Below are positions 51,920 through 63,944 of a stretch of 64,000 bases of DNA, in pieces; the stretch's first letter is position 1, and each line of letters starts with the position of its first letter. The notes under the pieces are model-generated. The model saw only the letters and a program-made list of their open reading frames with translations. It was not told the origin of the DNA and ran no database searches. The position numbers were made by a program, and so were the translations under genes. The stretch lies in the IMG/VR virus record IMGVR_UViG_3300020154_000003, positions 124,001 to 188,000 of that record, one strand, 5' to 3'.

Positions 51920-54694
51920 ATAATATAGCACAACCTGAAGACATGTTGAAGTGTAGCGATTGTAAGACAATCTACGATCCTCTGCTCAACAAAAGATGTC
52001 CCTGCTGTGGGAATAACCAGCGATTTCTTAATAGCGTTATTGAAGGGCTGGATGATGAGTCCAACTTCATTGGCGAGGATGATGACCATTAATTAAGGAA
52101 ACCATGTTACAAGCATTCTTAGCACAAACCGCACAAGATTACGATCTGCCAGTACATATCGTGCAACAGATTTGGGAGAAGTATGAAGGTACTGGATTGT
52201 TTTACGATAAATTGGAAGAATATCTCAAAAGTCGTAACCTTTGTAACTAGTTCTCGTTAACATACTCATATGGACTCACCCAAAGAAATTGTAGTAAGCG
52301 TCAAGACGAAACACACCTACAAGGTAGGGGAAGACCGTCTGGAACTCGACACACCTCTGACTGTCGATATGAAGAAATATAAAAAGACAGGGGAAAATAA
52401 CCACTTCATCTTCTATACCAGAAAGTCTTCCAAATGAATAAGCATCTCATCAACACGGGAACCCCGAAGTCAGCCCAACAAGCTTATAACAAACTTGCAA
52501 GCTTTCTTCATAAGAATTCTCAAGGGATCAATGATCCTGACACAGCCTTCCTGAAGCACCAGAAAGTATTATCAGTACTGGTTGGGAGGTACACGCCCGC
52601 TATCGATATGATGATCAGGGTCTGGTATAACGTGGAAGACTTCGTGGCTGATGGCGAACCTATGGATCAGGTATGGGCTGACATCGAAGACATGTGCAAT
52701 TAAACCAGTACTGGATATGAATAAGAAAGATATAAAAGTAGCTTGCTGGCTCAAGAATGGTACTGAATGGTATTATCCGGTAAAGACTATCGACTTGAGC
52801 GAATACGATCACGTTCAACTCCTAATCAAGGATGACCATTCAGGTGACATTTACATTGCTTGGAATGGTGATTCTGATGCTCAGAAACATGCCACAGGTA
52901 GACTCTTCAAATCAAAATAAACCAGTACTGGTATGACATCATTATCCGAACAACAACTCAATGACGTTTTGGAACATCTCAAAGAAAAACTTGAGGTAAA
53001 AGTCAAGACCAAAAGAGACGAAGGTTATCTCGCAGTAAGGGTTGAACTCTATTTGGATGGCGAAGTCATCGCTGCTGATGAGGACTCAGCCAGAGTGGAT
53101 TACTAAATTAAGGATCGGACAATGTACAAGACACCCACAATAGTCGAACAATTGGATCGAATAGGAGAGGATATATTGCGAGTACTGGCCGAAGAGAAGA
53201 CCCCTATGACTGTCTTTCAACTACACGTCTTGAGAGATAAGGAAAAATGCGATCTCTCATCCTATGGCTGGTCATTCGCCCTCGATAGACTCGAAAGAAA
53301 ACATCTGGTAGAATTCGTATCACCATGCCACTGGCAACTCAAAGATCAATCCCGCACAATGTACATAAGAGAACTCGAAGATTTATTGGATAAAAGAATA
53401 ACCCCCGACTAATGAAATATTTCAGGATCACCAGCAAAAAAACCAGTACTGGTGAAGTTCACTATTACATCGAAGCAAAAAGGAAATGGTATCACTTCTG
53501 GAAACTGCAGGGTGTATATGCAACCCATAAGATCGCTGCAGGAGTACTGGAGAAGCTGCTGGCTCAACCCCTTAATTAAGTAAACTGTACAATGTACGAT
53601 GAATAAGAACGTCAAAATCTATAAGCGAGACGAAATCCAAAAGGTCTATCATCAACACGCTTACCATTGTGGTTCCGTGCTCTATTCCAATGATGGCTAT
53701 ACGTGGCAGTCAGTACCGATGGATTCCGGGAAATGGGATATTCACAAATGGTCATTCGCCTTCATTGAACGGCCAAAAACCAGTACCGTGACATCGCTGC
53801 AGAGATTCCAGAATTATGTCTATAAGAATATCTGTGGGGCATATACCCCGGAGAAGCGACTGAAATCAATCGAAACATTGTACAGTAAAATTAATGGAAA
53901 TTGATCCTGAATTCATGAACAAGTTAATACTTTTGACGTATAATTGATCACATATGAACTCTCCAATCATTTCAGTTAAACCAGTACGAGGCAGCAAAGG
54001 AAAGCTTGAAGTCTTCCCCCAACACCTCTTCGTAAAGAATTGGGTCTTCAATGAAGACGAAAAGGATGAGGCAGCACTCGCCCATTACATCGCTGCAGTA
54101 GCTGAAAAGAATGGTATGTCAGCAAATGAAGTATACCAAATATTCCCTGCCATGCTCCGTATGCTCAGAAGCAATATCGATTGGGCTAACCCCAATAAGA
54201 TCACTCAAGCTGATCTCGATAAGGCAAATGAAAAAGGAATGATGTCCAAATAAACCAGTACTGGATAATGACAACAACCATCGAGAAACTCAGAGACCTG
54301 ACCGTGGAGCAACTACTCATCCTGTCAAACGAACTTTGTCAAACGACAGTACCTGAAGACGCTCTTATCCGGGAAGTGATCAAAGATACCCAACTAGACA
54401 CACTAACTCCGGGTCTGGCTTTCATTGGCTTGGCAGGCCATCTACATGTGGAAATGGCTGAACGTCTTAAACTCTTGACCAGTACTGGACAAATATCTTC
54501 CCCGGATGATACCTTAGAAAGATTGAACCCGAAAGGAAAAATGATCCTCTAATCAGTAATTATGAATATGGAATTCCGATTCGTCCTCATGGTGCCTTGC
54601 CCTAATTGCCATATCCAAATAAGCTGCATGGCCAGTACTTGCACCCATTGCAAAACCAAAGTGAGCAATCACAATTAAAAACCAGTACTGGACA

Positions 54695-54928
54695 ATGTAC
54701 AAGACTCTTGCGCTCATCAGCATATTCCTTTTATCCTTCTCCTGTTCCCCTAAATTAAGTAAGATAGAAAGACAACAAGCCAACGCTGACTCGCTATTAA
54801 CAAAATCCCAACCAGAACAACAGCGAATTCTTAAAGAAAAGAAATATCACATTACCACAGCCAAGATTAGCTTAATTGTCTTTGCAGTATGGTTTGTGGC
54901 CTTCCAAAATGCTGAAGATAAGGATTGA
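54695..54928 (+). CDS. small lipoprotein-like membrane protein
   Basis: LLSFSC lipobox-like signal and a C-terminal hydrophobic segment. Confidence 0.5.
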   Translation: MYKTLALISIFLLSFSCSPKLSKIERQQANADSLLTKSQPEQQRILKEKKYHITTAKISLIVFAVWFVAFQNAEDKD

Positions 54929-55199
54929 CTTACTCGTCATTGATCTTGGCCAGCATCTTCTTAATTACATCAACCCTCTTCGAAGCTACCTTCAGTTCCT
55001 TTTCCAATACACTCCTGAGAATAGGCTCTTCATTCCCATCCACATGAAAGGTGATCTCATACCCATCAACCTTTACCTTCGTGTTGACATTGTTCGACTC
55101 CTGCTCTCCATCGTTCTCTGGAAACTTAGTGCGCTTCATGCTCGTCTTACCAGTACCTTTCTTGTTACGATTATAAATTCCTCTTGGCATATTAAAAAT

Positions 55200-55970
55200 T
55201 GTTTAAGTGAAAAATCTAGTCCCAATTGGTTTAATGGCCCCAAGTTAAGAAATTTTATATACCCTCCAAATCACTGACGGTACAATGTACGTTCCCGCTC
55301 GGTAATATTTACCCCTCTCCAGTACTGGCCTATACCAAATGTTCCCGCACGGTAATATATAAATCCCACAACACCATATCCTAATACCAGTACTGGCCCC
55401 TGTCAATATCAACCCCGTTTTGACAGATCGTACAATGTACTGTCAATCTTAATTAAGACTACCCCACAATGTACGGTGATAAACCAGTACCTGTATAATA
55501 AACCTCCCTAGTTTATTATCCGAGATCAGGTTTATTATATGCAATCACATATAATGTACGCCTCTCCAGTACTGGTTATATGCATTCACATATAATTCCC
55601 GTTCATGGCCCATGAACATGTAAACTTCGTGAACAGAAATTTACCAGTACTGGTTCCTGAATTAAGTATCCAGTACCTAATTAAGTATTCGAGTATTAAT
55701 TAAGGTACAGTAAAAAACAGGTACTGGCAGCAGGATACCGCGAAGAAAACGCCCATTCTGGTACTGGTTTCCACTTTTGGTACTTATAAATTTTTATAAA
55801 ACAGGATTCCCAAAATGGTACTGGTCTTAAATCGAGACATGTGGGGCATACATAAACGCTAAAATTTACGTATATGGGTTAAAAATCGCAATATCCAGTA
55901 CTTGAGTAAGATACAAAAGTACGTATACCCCCCCTATTAAGGTACAATTAAAATGGGGTTAAAAACCAGT
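55200..55970. repeat. repeat-dense non-coding region (origin/terminus-like)
   Basis: Four CCAGTACTGG, three ACAATGTAC, several TTAATTAA-like sites; direct repeats GTTCCCGCWCGGTAATAT (55291, 55341) and TTATATGCAWTCACATATAAT. Confidence 0.65.
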
Positions 55971-56611
55971 ACTACTTAACTTGTAAATGTTCGATATAGG
56001 ATTTCATCATTGCGTGAACAATGGAATTAAACATTTCTATTATTGTCTTATTATCAAATTCTTTAATCCTCAACTTAGGATTTTTACGGTTTAATTTCAT
56101 TCTGACGTATAGATCGAATCTATCCCAATCATTCTGTATAGTCTCAGGTAAATGCTTTTTAAAAACATTCAATCTCGACTTTATATATTGATGAACAGAC
56201 TTTACTTTATCGTAATGGCTCTCTGATGAAGCAGCCACTCCCATAAGACCATGAAAAAATACTTCAAATAAAATATAGGTATCGGTTACGTGAGTAGGAT
56301 ATTCTTCTTCCATAACTTATATTTAGGTGGTTTAATTATCTGATCCTAATCTTTTAATGCCAAGGAATTCGATCCATTCATTATAATAGGTCTGACCGAA
56401 TGTTGGAATATATCCTAATCTATGGCAAGTCTGTATTAATAATTCCTTATTTTCAATACGTACTGGAAAGCCATTATTCATAATGACCTGATCACCACGT
56501 TCCAGTTTTTCAAGGAGTCTACCATATTCGACACCATAGGTGAAGGATTGCGATGCATCGGGGAAGGAGATGAATAATTCCATTGGTTATAGGATAAAGT
56601 AAAGTGGGTGA

Positions 56612-57208
56612 TCACTTTTTATAATCCCATCCAGTAAGGATGGCGTGTTTATGTTTTGCTTCCACCCAAGTTTTAGGGGATATAAACTTATCTAACCAAA
56701 AATCATCATAGGCCATACGCATTTGTTTTGCTGCTTGTCCGAAGGGCATTGCACCGACACCAGTACAGAATCCGCTCATTGTTATGGAATTAATATTACG
56801 GTCAGGAGCATATTCTTTTAGGGTTAGGAATACAGCACGGGCAGCGAGATAGGCATTCAATGTATCTGGAACGAACAATGGAATTCGCATTGTTGGGGCT
56901 ACGATACACCAAGGAATATCTGTATGAGTGGTATCCACCAGAATTGCTTGGCCAACCAAGAGTTCTCCACTATAATAGTTTCTTATTATGTTTTGAACTT
57001 TAGTTTGTAGTTGCCAACCGAATCTTTTTGAAATAACCAGATCAAGGCCACCATCCATATATCCGAACGAATTAGCGGGAGAAACGATACAATCTACTTT
57101 TTGGGAGAAGAAATCACCATGTATGACATTTACGTCATTTTCACCGTGGAATTCTTTTCTCCACATTTCGACCATTTCTTCGTTTCTATCTATTAGGTAG
57201 AACTTCAT
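56612..57208 (-). CDS. macrodomain (ADP-ribose processing) protein
   Basis: IVSPANSFGYMDGGLD, APTMR, GFCTGVG. Confidence 0.9.
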   Translation of the reverse strand: MKFYLIDRNEEMVEMWRKEFHGENDVNVIHGDFFSQKVDCIVSPANSFGYMDGGLDLVISKRFGWQLQTKVQNIIRNYYSGELLVGQAILVDTTHTDIPWCIVAPTMRIPLFVPDTLNAYLAARAVFLTLKEYAPDRNINSITMSGFCTGVGAMPFGQAAKQMRMAYDDFWLDKFISPKTWVEAKHKHAILTGWDYKK

Positions 57209-57819
57209 TCCAGTACTATTTAGGAATATAACTGATGGTTGAGATAAAGGAATTCGGATAGGGTTGCATCGTATGCTTTATAGTCTTTATTCATTCTATT
57301 ACACTGGTCATATACGTGAGTGGCAAAATCGTTGGAATTGATAAGTTCTTGGTACACTACTTTTCTTGATAATATATCGATAATCTTCACCAATCTTGAT
57401 GGTATGATTAATTTGGGGATGGTATGTTCAGTATGTGGTTCCACCTTTATTTTCCCATAAAATAAGGCTTCTTCAACTAAGTATTTTCCCATATCAGTAC
57501 CTTGATTTTTTTATTGGGAGTTGACATATTCGAGTACTATTTTTTGGTAAGCTTCGTATTCATCATTAAGCATGATACATCTATCAAGAATATAGGATGC
57601 GGGTTCACAACTTTGGGTTATGTTTACCGTATGCACAGGGGTTTTAGGGTTGAATCTATCCATAATTCTCATTATACGACAGGGTATTGGATCGAGATCA
57701 TATATTCTTCCTTGGGATGCTATTTTAGGAGGATCGGAGAATGCTAAGAGTTCATCAATATAGTATCGATCATTTTTATCGCTGCGTAATGCAGGTATGT
57801 TATTCATACCAGTACTGGT

Positions 57820-58245
57820 TTAAAACAATTCCAGTTTACTAGTGATTTCATCTACTTCATCTGACCATGCAGGCCCGATTGCGCAGCAGGTGATGGTTGG
57901 TACGCCATTAAACTCGGTCAGTCCTGCATCTTTAATTAAGGAACATGGTAATCCTTTCTGTCTTGCAGCCCCATAGAGTGCCATAATTTCTTCTTCGGTT
58001 TCGACCACACAGCAGATTTTGGTGAAGATACCTGTAATCCAGTTATGTATTGCACTTTCTTTATCCAAGGTCAATACCAAATTATCCCAATCATTAGCAC
58101 CTTTTACAAATTCACCAGAGTCAAGAATTGCCTTCAGGGATGCATGGGCACCTTGGCCGATATACTTTCCTTTTCTTGGGGTGACTTTCTTTCCATCGAC
58201 AACGAAGGATTTACGCATCACTATGACTTGTTTGCTTACTTTCAT
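57820..58245 (-). CDS. pth2: peptidyl-tRNA hydrolase Pth2
   Basis: KQVIVMRK...KGK..GQGAHAS...TKI...DAGLTEF...T.TCCAIGP...VDEITSKLEL. Confidence 0.9.
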   Translation of the reverse strand: MKVSKQVIVMRKSFVVDGKKVTPRKGKYIGQGAHASLKAILDSGEFVKGANDWDNLVLTLDKESAIHNWITGIFTKICCVVETEEEIMALYGAARQKGLPCSLIKDAGLTEFNGVPTITCCAIGPAWSDEVDEITSKLELF

Positions 58246-60581
58246 ATGAATGTCTTTAGTTCTCTCATGTAATTCAATTTATTCACCTTCTTTGCCTTCT
58301 CATCTATAAACTCATCAACTGGCAACACGTAAACAATATATTCATCCCCCTTTTTAATGAATTTCAAAATATTGTATTTAGACTTACGGATAAGTATGAT
58401 GTTTCGTTTTTCAATAAACTCTTTAAAACTGGTGATAAGGTATCTTGCCCACGAATTATCTTTTTTTGGATGTTTATCTTTCCAATATAGATGACCTGTT
58501 TTAAAATCATAATAGGATAATGTTATTTTATCCATCATGTGCTTCAAATACTATATATCCTTTGGGGAGGTCGGAGTTGAATTCTTTCCAATCCCACCAC
58601 CCTTCGGTTTTTGTTTTCTTATAGGTGCCACTGGCTGAATGATAAGAAATCCAATTAGAATTAATCTCACAAACATCATTCAAGGGATCATAATTAACAC
58701 CTTTGATCAGGCTATGTGCTGGTATTGGGGTTTGGTGTTCGATGCCGTGTTGGACATAAAAATCGTCACCCTCGCGATAGTCTTTATAAAGGTTTTCGAA
58801 ATAAGTTCGCATAGCTTGAAAAGCTTCTTCCATTGAATCAGCCACGACAATCCACATCACTACTTCGTAGCTACCGAATACCTTTTGGAATATGAAGGTT
58901 TTATTCATTTACAAATTAAGGTTTATTCACTTTATTATGCAATTCCACGATCTGCAGTTTCAGCAATTCGACTTCCAGTTCTTCTTTTGTGAGGTTTACC
59001 ACAGCTACGGTAAATCCGGTATGATGTGAGGTATTATCCATACTCAGGCTCCATACGCCATACTTCATCCCATGACGTTCTTCTTCATGGTACTGGTAAT
59101 TAAAGTAAGAACTATTGTCATAAAATTTTTCCTTTGTGGAATAAGATCGTTCTTGTGCATCTGCGGTTCTTGGTTTAATCTCACAGTTAGCCAGTACTGT
59201 GAAAATGGCTATGAGTATAATTATCTTTTTCATTCTTCAGGTATGGATTTTAATTCAATAGTAAATTTCAGGGTTTTGATGTCGTAGCCACGTTCTTCCA
59301 GTTCTTTAAGGAAGTTTTCCATCTTATATGGTGGACGGTGGTTATATTTGTTTTCACTCCATTTGGTGTAGTCGAAGATCATCCTGTCACTGAGTAGCAT
59401 ATAATGGACGAGTGCGCCATCACATCTTCGTGGGTAGTGTATCATCAGATCATTCTCCCGTTTGCTCCATTTGACTGCCAGTACTGTGTCTTTCATCTTA
59501 ATTTAGGGCAGTAACTCGCCTCAAGTATGTGTTATATTCCTCATTCAGGACTTTACAGCGTTTGTCCATTTCAGTTTCAATCTTAATTACAAATTCAATT
59601 ATGGATGAACCTGTGACTTCGCCATCTTGAATTTCTTCGACTATTTGATTATTCTTATGTCTGTCAACCACACAATAATATTTTCCATCACGGGGATCAA
59701 CATCTACAGCATATCGTTCCATCAGGTATTAATTTGATCAATGAGCAGTTTCACGTAATGGAGAGCATTCTTTTTATTGGGTTTCAAGCTGGAATGCCAA
59801 GTCATTTGATCTCCATCGTAGACCACTGTGATTATGTAGTTGTACTTTTTGTAATTGAGGTTATTGTCTTTCCATATGTGAGGACGTGTTGTCCACAGTA
59901 CGTAGCCATTATCGAGATTGAATTGAACTGATTTTATTTTCATCTTAGCCCTTATGTTTTCTCATGATGGCCAGTACTGCTTCACCGAACGCAATTAATT
60001 CACGTTCCTTTACGACTATAGCTTCAACACCACGTTCTTCCCAAATGGCCAGTCGTTCTCTCCTGCGGGCTTGTACTCGTTCATACTGTTCGATAGTATA
60101 ACCCTCTTCAATAATGTCTTTGGCTGCTTCTTCTGGATTTCTCATTTATCTGTGTTTATACCTCACCTTCGAATCGTATCGCCTGCTTAGGTCTGCATAA
60201 TCCACATCATTGAAGTTCTCAGATGCCTCACCATCAGTGAAGGCAATGATCAGGTTATCATCATTAAAACCTTGGGCAGATGTAAAGAATACGTCTTTGA
60301 TGTCTTTCTTGATACCTTTGTGGATAGCAAATTTAGCATCACGTTTTATCCACCATGTAAATTCGGTATGGCCGCTCATGATTTTTCAGGGATTAGTTCA
60401 TCCAGATAAGTGAGGGAAGTGCAGTTATCACAGCAGATTACCACAGCCTGTTTCTCTTGTTGCGTATCGTCCTCAACGTATTTGCTTATTTTATAATTGA
60501 AGAACTTATTACTTCCACATATTCCGCAGATGATATGTATTCGTGGATTAGCAATTGCCATCGCCAGTACTGGTTAATATT

Positions 60582-61019
60582 TTAGTCTTCCTGATATATT
60601 TTTTCATCCTCAGGAAGTCCTTCGTTGCTATCCAGCATGGTAAGCTGTTCAGCGAAATCTCCTTCATACTTACCATTCTTGTCAGGGATAAGCAATCTCA
60701 ACACTTTTCTTCCGCATTCCATTGCTTCGATGAATCTGACCATATATCCACCTCCTACAATATTTGCGTACTCTTTATTGGGTTCAAATCTTTCCCCTGC
60801 CTTGATCTTATCAATGATGTCACCTACGATATGGTGAGCAGTTTCCATACGCAATGGTAGTACGATCTGGATGTTGGGATGGTTGTAGGATGCTTCCATA
60901 CCGTGTGTGTGGTAGTTGTAACCTCCACACGGCGTATTGTCACCTGCTGGAACGCAATGGGCGAACCATCCAAATTTCTCGAAACCTTGTTCGTCTGAAT
61001 GTGAGAGTGTGTGTGGCAT
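60582..61019 (-). CDS. DUF4262-like protein
   Basis: GW..H.V...YHTHG...HP.I.I...L.L..PD.NG.Y. Confidence 0.5.
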   Translation of the reverse strand: MPHTLSHSDEQGFEKFGWFAHCVPAGDNTPCGGYNYHTHGMEASYNHPNIQIVLPLRMETAHHIVGDIIDKIKAGERFEPNKEYANIVGGGYMVRFIEAMECGRKVLRLLIPDKNGKYEGDFAEQLTMLDSNEGLPEDEKIYQED

Positions 61020-63218
61020 ATTTTTACATTCTTGCTGTCAAATAGGTGAACGCTTTCTCTATTGCTCCATCAAAGGCATCATATTTCGTAGCGAACTCTT
61101 TATCACGGGAAATTTCAGCACCATGTTTACCAACATCAAATTTCCATTGCCACTGGCCATTATATCTGAAAGCATAGATGTAAATATCATATCGCTCAAA
61201 CCAGTCAATGACTTGCCAGTACATGGGAGCGGAAACTATATCGTCAACGGGGGATGAACGCCATGTTTTGTTGAACTCGAAGTTATTGTAGTTTAACGGC
61301 TTTCCTATTCCGATTGGCCCATTCTCTGGATAGTCCTCGTTATAGATTGAGAAGCATGGGTCAACAAATCCAAGTTCTTTTAACTTCTTTGCGGTTGGGT
61401 ATTTGACGAATACGTTTTTGAAGTCTTTCATGGTTTCTCTTTTCGCAATGCTACGAGTTTATTGATAAGTTCCTCATGAAGTAGTCTACCTTCTTGTGAC
61501 AGGTAGGGCTTATATCCACCGCTTCCCCATTGGGAGAAAGGTATATAGACACGACCAGCTTCCAAGTCTTCAGCAGCCCTTAACATTTCGTATGCATCGG
61601 GAGAGGTGTATTTCTCTTCGATGGGGTCTGAGGTTGGGTCATAGTCTGGTCTGACACCAGCATACTGGTCAATAAATTTCCTTATTTCTTCTGAGAGTGT
61701 CATCATTATTTAACGTATTCCATTTCACCCAATTCTCTTATGGTTTGGTCAAGCATCGATTTATAGAAGTATTCCTTACCCATTTTCTCGATAATCTCCA
61801 CAATAAATTTAGTTGCCTCAAGGTATTGTTGGTCAAGAGAGTTTGGATTTTTAACTTCTTGTATCCATCGTTCGTAACGAGCGAAGACATCATCTTTAAA
61901 CCTGATCGTGATGTATAGATCAAGTTCCTTAAAATATCGCCTTGCTTCTTGGTCTGGTACAATGGATTGGGAAAGGTATTTCACCCTGAAATCTTCGATC
62001 TCAGTCTTGCTCATCGAGTCCAGTACCTGCTTACCTTTTGGTTTTATTGTTGCCATTTATTTCTTATACGTAAACATGAGGAAATTGTTCAAATCCTTAA
62101 TTAAGGATGTCTGCCATTACTTTCTCATATTCCTCATGTTCGCGGTTCAACTCTTCACACAATCTATTTAACTGATCACGGTGTGGAGAATTGCCAGCAG
62201 AGAACCTTGATTTTCTAACGGTTACTTCCTCCACAACCTTCAATCCGTTCATCGTATCTAAAATACCAAAGGTTCGATAATTATGTATGGTCACCGACCT
62301 AAGGATATATCTTTTATTCACCATTATAATGAGGCCAACAACCTAATTCCATCAACTCTTTATTATACCACCTATATTCCCTATTCATCTGCTTACACAT
62401 AAATTTAATATTTCTATGCCCATCATCTTCATAATTGAATATATTAAAAAATTCTTCCTTATGAATTATTTGATATTGATTATAAGTATCTCTGAGGATG
62501 TAACGATGTTTTGAATCAACCATTTCCACATCCACAACATATCTTTCTTCAACTCCCATTCAACAACTACAGATTGACAATAGCACAATTATAAAAAACA
62601 TGAGTAGACCTGACAGGCCAGCAAGACCGAGTATCCAAGGATTGGTTTCCTTTTCCAGTTTTTTGCCTTCCATGTTTATCTATCTTGAAGGGATGCAGTC
62701 ACAATAAATTTAGAGGCAATCATCTTGCAGCGTTTCAGCTTAACAAAATTGAATGTGGTTATTGTTGTGGTTTCTCCATCGCGATCACTCACTATCCAAG
62801 AATCCTTAGTTTTAGTTCTTGTCTTCCAATTATTCTGATGGAGTTTTGTATATCCGTTACCTCTACGATGTTCCTTTTCCTTTTTATCAACATACTTCCT
62901 AGCAGCCTTTCCATTTTCAAATAGAAGGTCACCCATTACGTATGAAGCAGAATGCTCGTAATCAGTTTTATAGTTTGAGTGTTGGATGTGTTTGAGAATA
63001 ACAACCATTACTTAAAATTTAGGATCAAATCTTTCGTCAACATAGGTTCGTCTTGCCCTTGCAGCCATGTTACAGCGATCCTGTATCATTTGGTGCAGCT
63101 TCCAAGCATCTTCTTCTGCAAGGTAGATCACTAATGCTGTTTGACCATCCTCTTGGGTAAAGGTCATCTTGATCTTTCCTTGGTTGTAATCGACTGCTTC
63201 TGGATTTAACATGAGCGT

Positions 63219-63944
63219 TTACTTTATATGTTTTTGAAACCATTCATCGGAAGACATGTGTGTAATTTGGAACTTCTCAGGTGCAGTTCTATTTCCTTCC
63301 ATTGCCTTGATGAAGTTGTGATACTTATAGCAGAAGGTAATCACTTCGTCTCGCGTGTATTTTTCTTCTTCCTCAACACGATGGAGAGTAGTTTTATAGT
63401 TGGAATTTAGTTTGACTTCATATCGCCACTTATATCTATGCTCAACCCTATCCTCTGGATTAGGGTGATACACCTTTTCACATTCTACCAATACCTTATC
63501 ACCATTCTTCATCTTACCATCTACAATTGCTTGCATATGTTCAGGTGAGAATTGTTCAGGTAGGACAAGTACCTTCTTTCCCATTCCATTTGGTTCAAAA
63601 GCACCATAGTCTTTATCTTCTTTAGTATGAATTATATCGCCAGTGAAAGGCATCCACCATTTATCACCTGACTCTATATTCTCTGTTTCAGAAATGATAA
63701 TTGGTTTGTAGCATTTACCTTTAGAATCACCATCTGAGTTTATACCTAGGAATGGCTCACAGAGAAATAATCTACCGTCCGATTTCTTAAAAATTAGATA
63801 TTTATTTTCCTCCCAATGTGTTTCAATAAGAAGAAGTTTACCTTCAACAACAGGCACATCCATCGTTACCATTTGAGGTAGTCCATCATTATTATCAGGA
63901 TATGTGATGGTGTGATTTTTAATGTTTCTAACCTTAATTCCCAT
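63219..63944 (-). CDS. hypothetical protein
   Basis: 241-aa ORF in the - strand small-gene block (56-64 kb). Confidence 0.7.
   Translation of the reverse strand: MGIKVRNIKNHTITYPDNNDGLPQMVTMDVPVVEGKLLLIETHWEENKYLIFKKSDGRLFLCEPFLGINSDGDSKGKCYKPIIISETENIESGDKWWMPFTGDIIHTKEDKDYGAFEPNGMGKKVLVLPEQFSPEHMQAIVDGKMKNGDKVLVECEKVYHPNPEDRVEHRYKWRYEVKLNSNYKTTLHRVEEEEKYTRDEVITFCYKYHNFIKAMEGNRTAPEKFQITHMSSDEWFQKHIK

Larger units (their letters stand above)
34586..53943. promoter_or_regulatory. about 30 dispersed ECF-sigma-type promoters G(T/C)AACCTT-N13-CGT(T/A)
   Basis: Minus-strand copies near 34590, 34932, 36426, 36809, 37265, 38192, 38783, 39129, 40262, 41048, 41930, 42612, 44047, 44689, 45700, 47877, 48189. 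Plus-strand copies near 39701, 40308, 47150, 48254, 48406, 50313, 51292, 52235. The AAC-to-CGT spacing was 16 nt in every copy measured. Confidence 0.85.
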
